64,000 nucleotides of DNA from Felis catus (lineage: Eukaryota), in NCBI RefSeq assembly GCF_018350175.1, contig NC_058368.1:29390001-29454000 (forward strand). Direction: 5' to 3'. Every line of letters begins with the position of its first letter. Position 1 is the first letter of the stretch. Position numbers and translations under genes: made by a program. Of the stretch, positions 62,414 through 64,000 are shown in pieces. The notes below the pieces were generated by a model, which saw only the letters and a list, made by a program, of their open reading frames with translations, was not told the origin of the DNA and made no database searches.

Positions 62414-63365
62414 TTTATTTTTGATCATTCTTTAAAACATTGGAAGTGTATTCTTTAATCCCCATAAACTACCCATCCCCCCACCCACCTTCCCTCTGGT
62501 AACTATCAGCTTATTCTCTATAGTTAAGGTTCAGTTTCCTGGTTTGTCTTTTTTTCCTTTGCCCATTTGCGTAGTTTCTTAAATTCTACATACAAATGAA
62601 ATAATATAGCATTCGTCTTCCTGTGACTGACTTATTTTGCTTACCATTATACTTTCTAGTTCCATCCATTTCTTTGCAAATGGCAAGATTTCACTCCTTT
62701 TTTATGGCCAAATAATATTCCACTGTGTATATATACATTATATATACACATCTTCTTTATCCATGAGCACTTGAGGTGCTTCCATAGTTTGGCTATTGTA
62801 AATAATGTTGTAATAAACATACAGGTGCATGTAACCCTCTGAGTTTGTGTATTTTTTGGATAAATACCCAGTAGTGTGATTACTGGATCCTAGGGTAGTT
62901 CTATTTTTAATTTTTTTGAGGAACCTCCATACTGTTTTCCACAATGGCTCCACCAGTTTACATTCCTAACAACAGTGTGAGGGGGTTCCTTTTTCTCTAC
63001 ATCCTTGCCAACGCCTGTTTATTGTTTTTGATTGTAGCTATTCTGGAAGCTGTGAAGTGGTATCTCCTTGTACTTTTTATTTAAAAAAATTTTTTTGTTT
63101 AATGTTTGTTTATGTTTGAGAGAGAGAGACAGAGTGTAAGTGGGGGAGGGGCAGAGAGACAGGGAGACAACAGAATCCAAAGTAGGCTCCAGGCTCCAAG
63201 CTGTCAGCACAGAGCCTGATGCGGGGCTCGAACTCGTGAACTACAAGGTCATGACCTGAGCCGAAGTGGGACACTCAACTGACTGAGTCACCCAGGTGCC
63301 CCGCTCCTTATACTTTTTATTTGCATTTCCCTGATGATCAGTGATGCTGACAGATTTTACATCCT
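62414..63365 (-). mobile_element. 5'-truncated LINE-1 with nested SINE (about 63075-63302)
   Basis: L1 3'UTR and ORF2 end (62738-62953 [12 protein letters not shown]); flanked by a direct repeat of about 37 bp. Confidence 0.88.
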
Positions 63366-63529
63366 TCATTACAGAGCTCCATGTCCACAGGGAATCATTT
63401 TAGAAATATATATTTTTGCCTGCACCCTTAAATATCTTTGTTCCCATGACTGTCTATTGTATAGGACCTAAAAATTTTCAACACAGACTTATCCAATCAT
63501 TGGTGTGTCAAGTGTTACTAAGAGGGGAA

Positions 63530-64000
63530 AAAAAAAATCACAGACTTCAAGTTGTATTACAAAGCTGTAGTGATCAAAAGAGTATGGTACTGGCACAGAA
63601 ATAGACACTTGGATCCATGGAACAAAACAGAAAAGCCGGAAATGAACCCACAATTATATGGTCAATTAATCTTTGACAAAGCAGGAAAGACTATACAATG
63701 GGAAAAAGACTTTACAATAAATGGTGTTGGGAAAACCGGTCAGCTACATGCAAAAAAAATGAAACTGGACCATTTTCTTAAACCATACACAAAAAAAAAA
63801 AATTCAAAATGGATTAAAAGCCTAAATTGAGACCTAAAACCATAAAAATCCTAGAAAAGAACATAGGTGGTAATGTTTCTGATATGGGCTGTAGCAACAT
63901 TTTCTAGATATGTCTTCTGAGGGAAGGGAAAAAATAGCAAAAATAAACTACTGGGACTATATCAAAATGAATAGTTTCTGCATAGCAAAGCAAACAATCA
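63530..64000 (+). mobile_element. LINE-1 ORF2 fragment running off the right edge
   Basis: 63552-63830 [17 protein letters not shown]...[10 protein letters not shown]. Confidence 0.92.

Noticed and set aside
3215..63302. Many recurrent 60-100 aa ORFs (MAQSVK..., ...[14 protein letters not shown]...) and tRNA-like A/B boxes
   Set aside because: Translations and Pol III boxes of dispersed SINEC copies; not a gene family, tRNA genes or a CRISPR-like array.

Overview
Mammalian genomic DNA, almost certainly from a felid: it carries many tRNA-derived carnivore SINEs, including young, near-identical SINEC_Fc-type copies. The only host protein-coding sequence I can support is the 3' end of WBP4 (FBP21) on the minus strand. 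The penultimate exon is 60651-60814 and the last coding exon is 13177-13387; they join in frame with canonical GT-AG sites across a 47,263-bp intron. Most of the window is transposable-element sequence. About 27 kb of the intron is one decayed class I (gamma-like/ERV1) provirus (16650-43846). It inserted into an ancient L1, was then split by three large L1 insertions and was peppered with SINEs. Nearly all ORFs in the supplied track are fragments of L1, SINE or ERV sequence or their antisense strands. I found no convincing new protein-coding or RNA-based system. The most interesting signals are mechanistic: two apparent L1 3' transductions (one polyadenylated at the signal of a captured MLT1-like LTR), a TSD-flanked L1 lacking ORF2, repeated reuse of SINE target sites, a tail-only insertion and an unusually long TSD. 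Repeat family names and boundaries are by eye and approximate.
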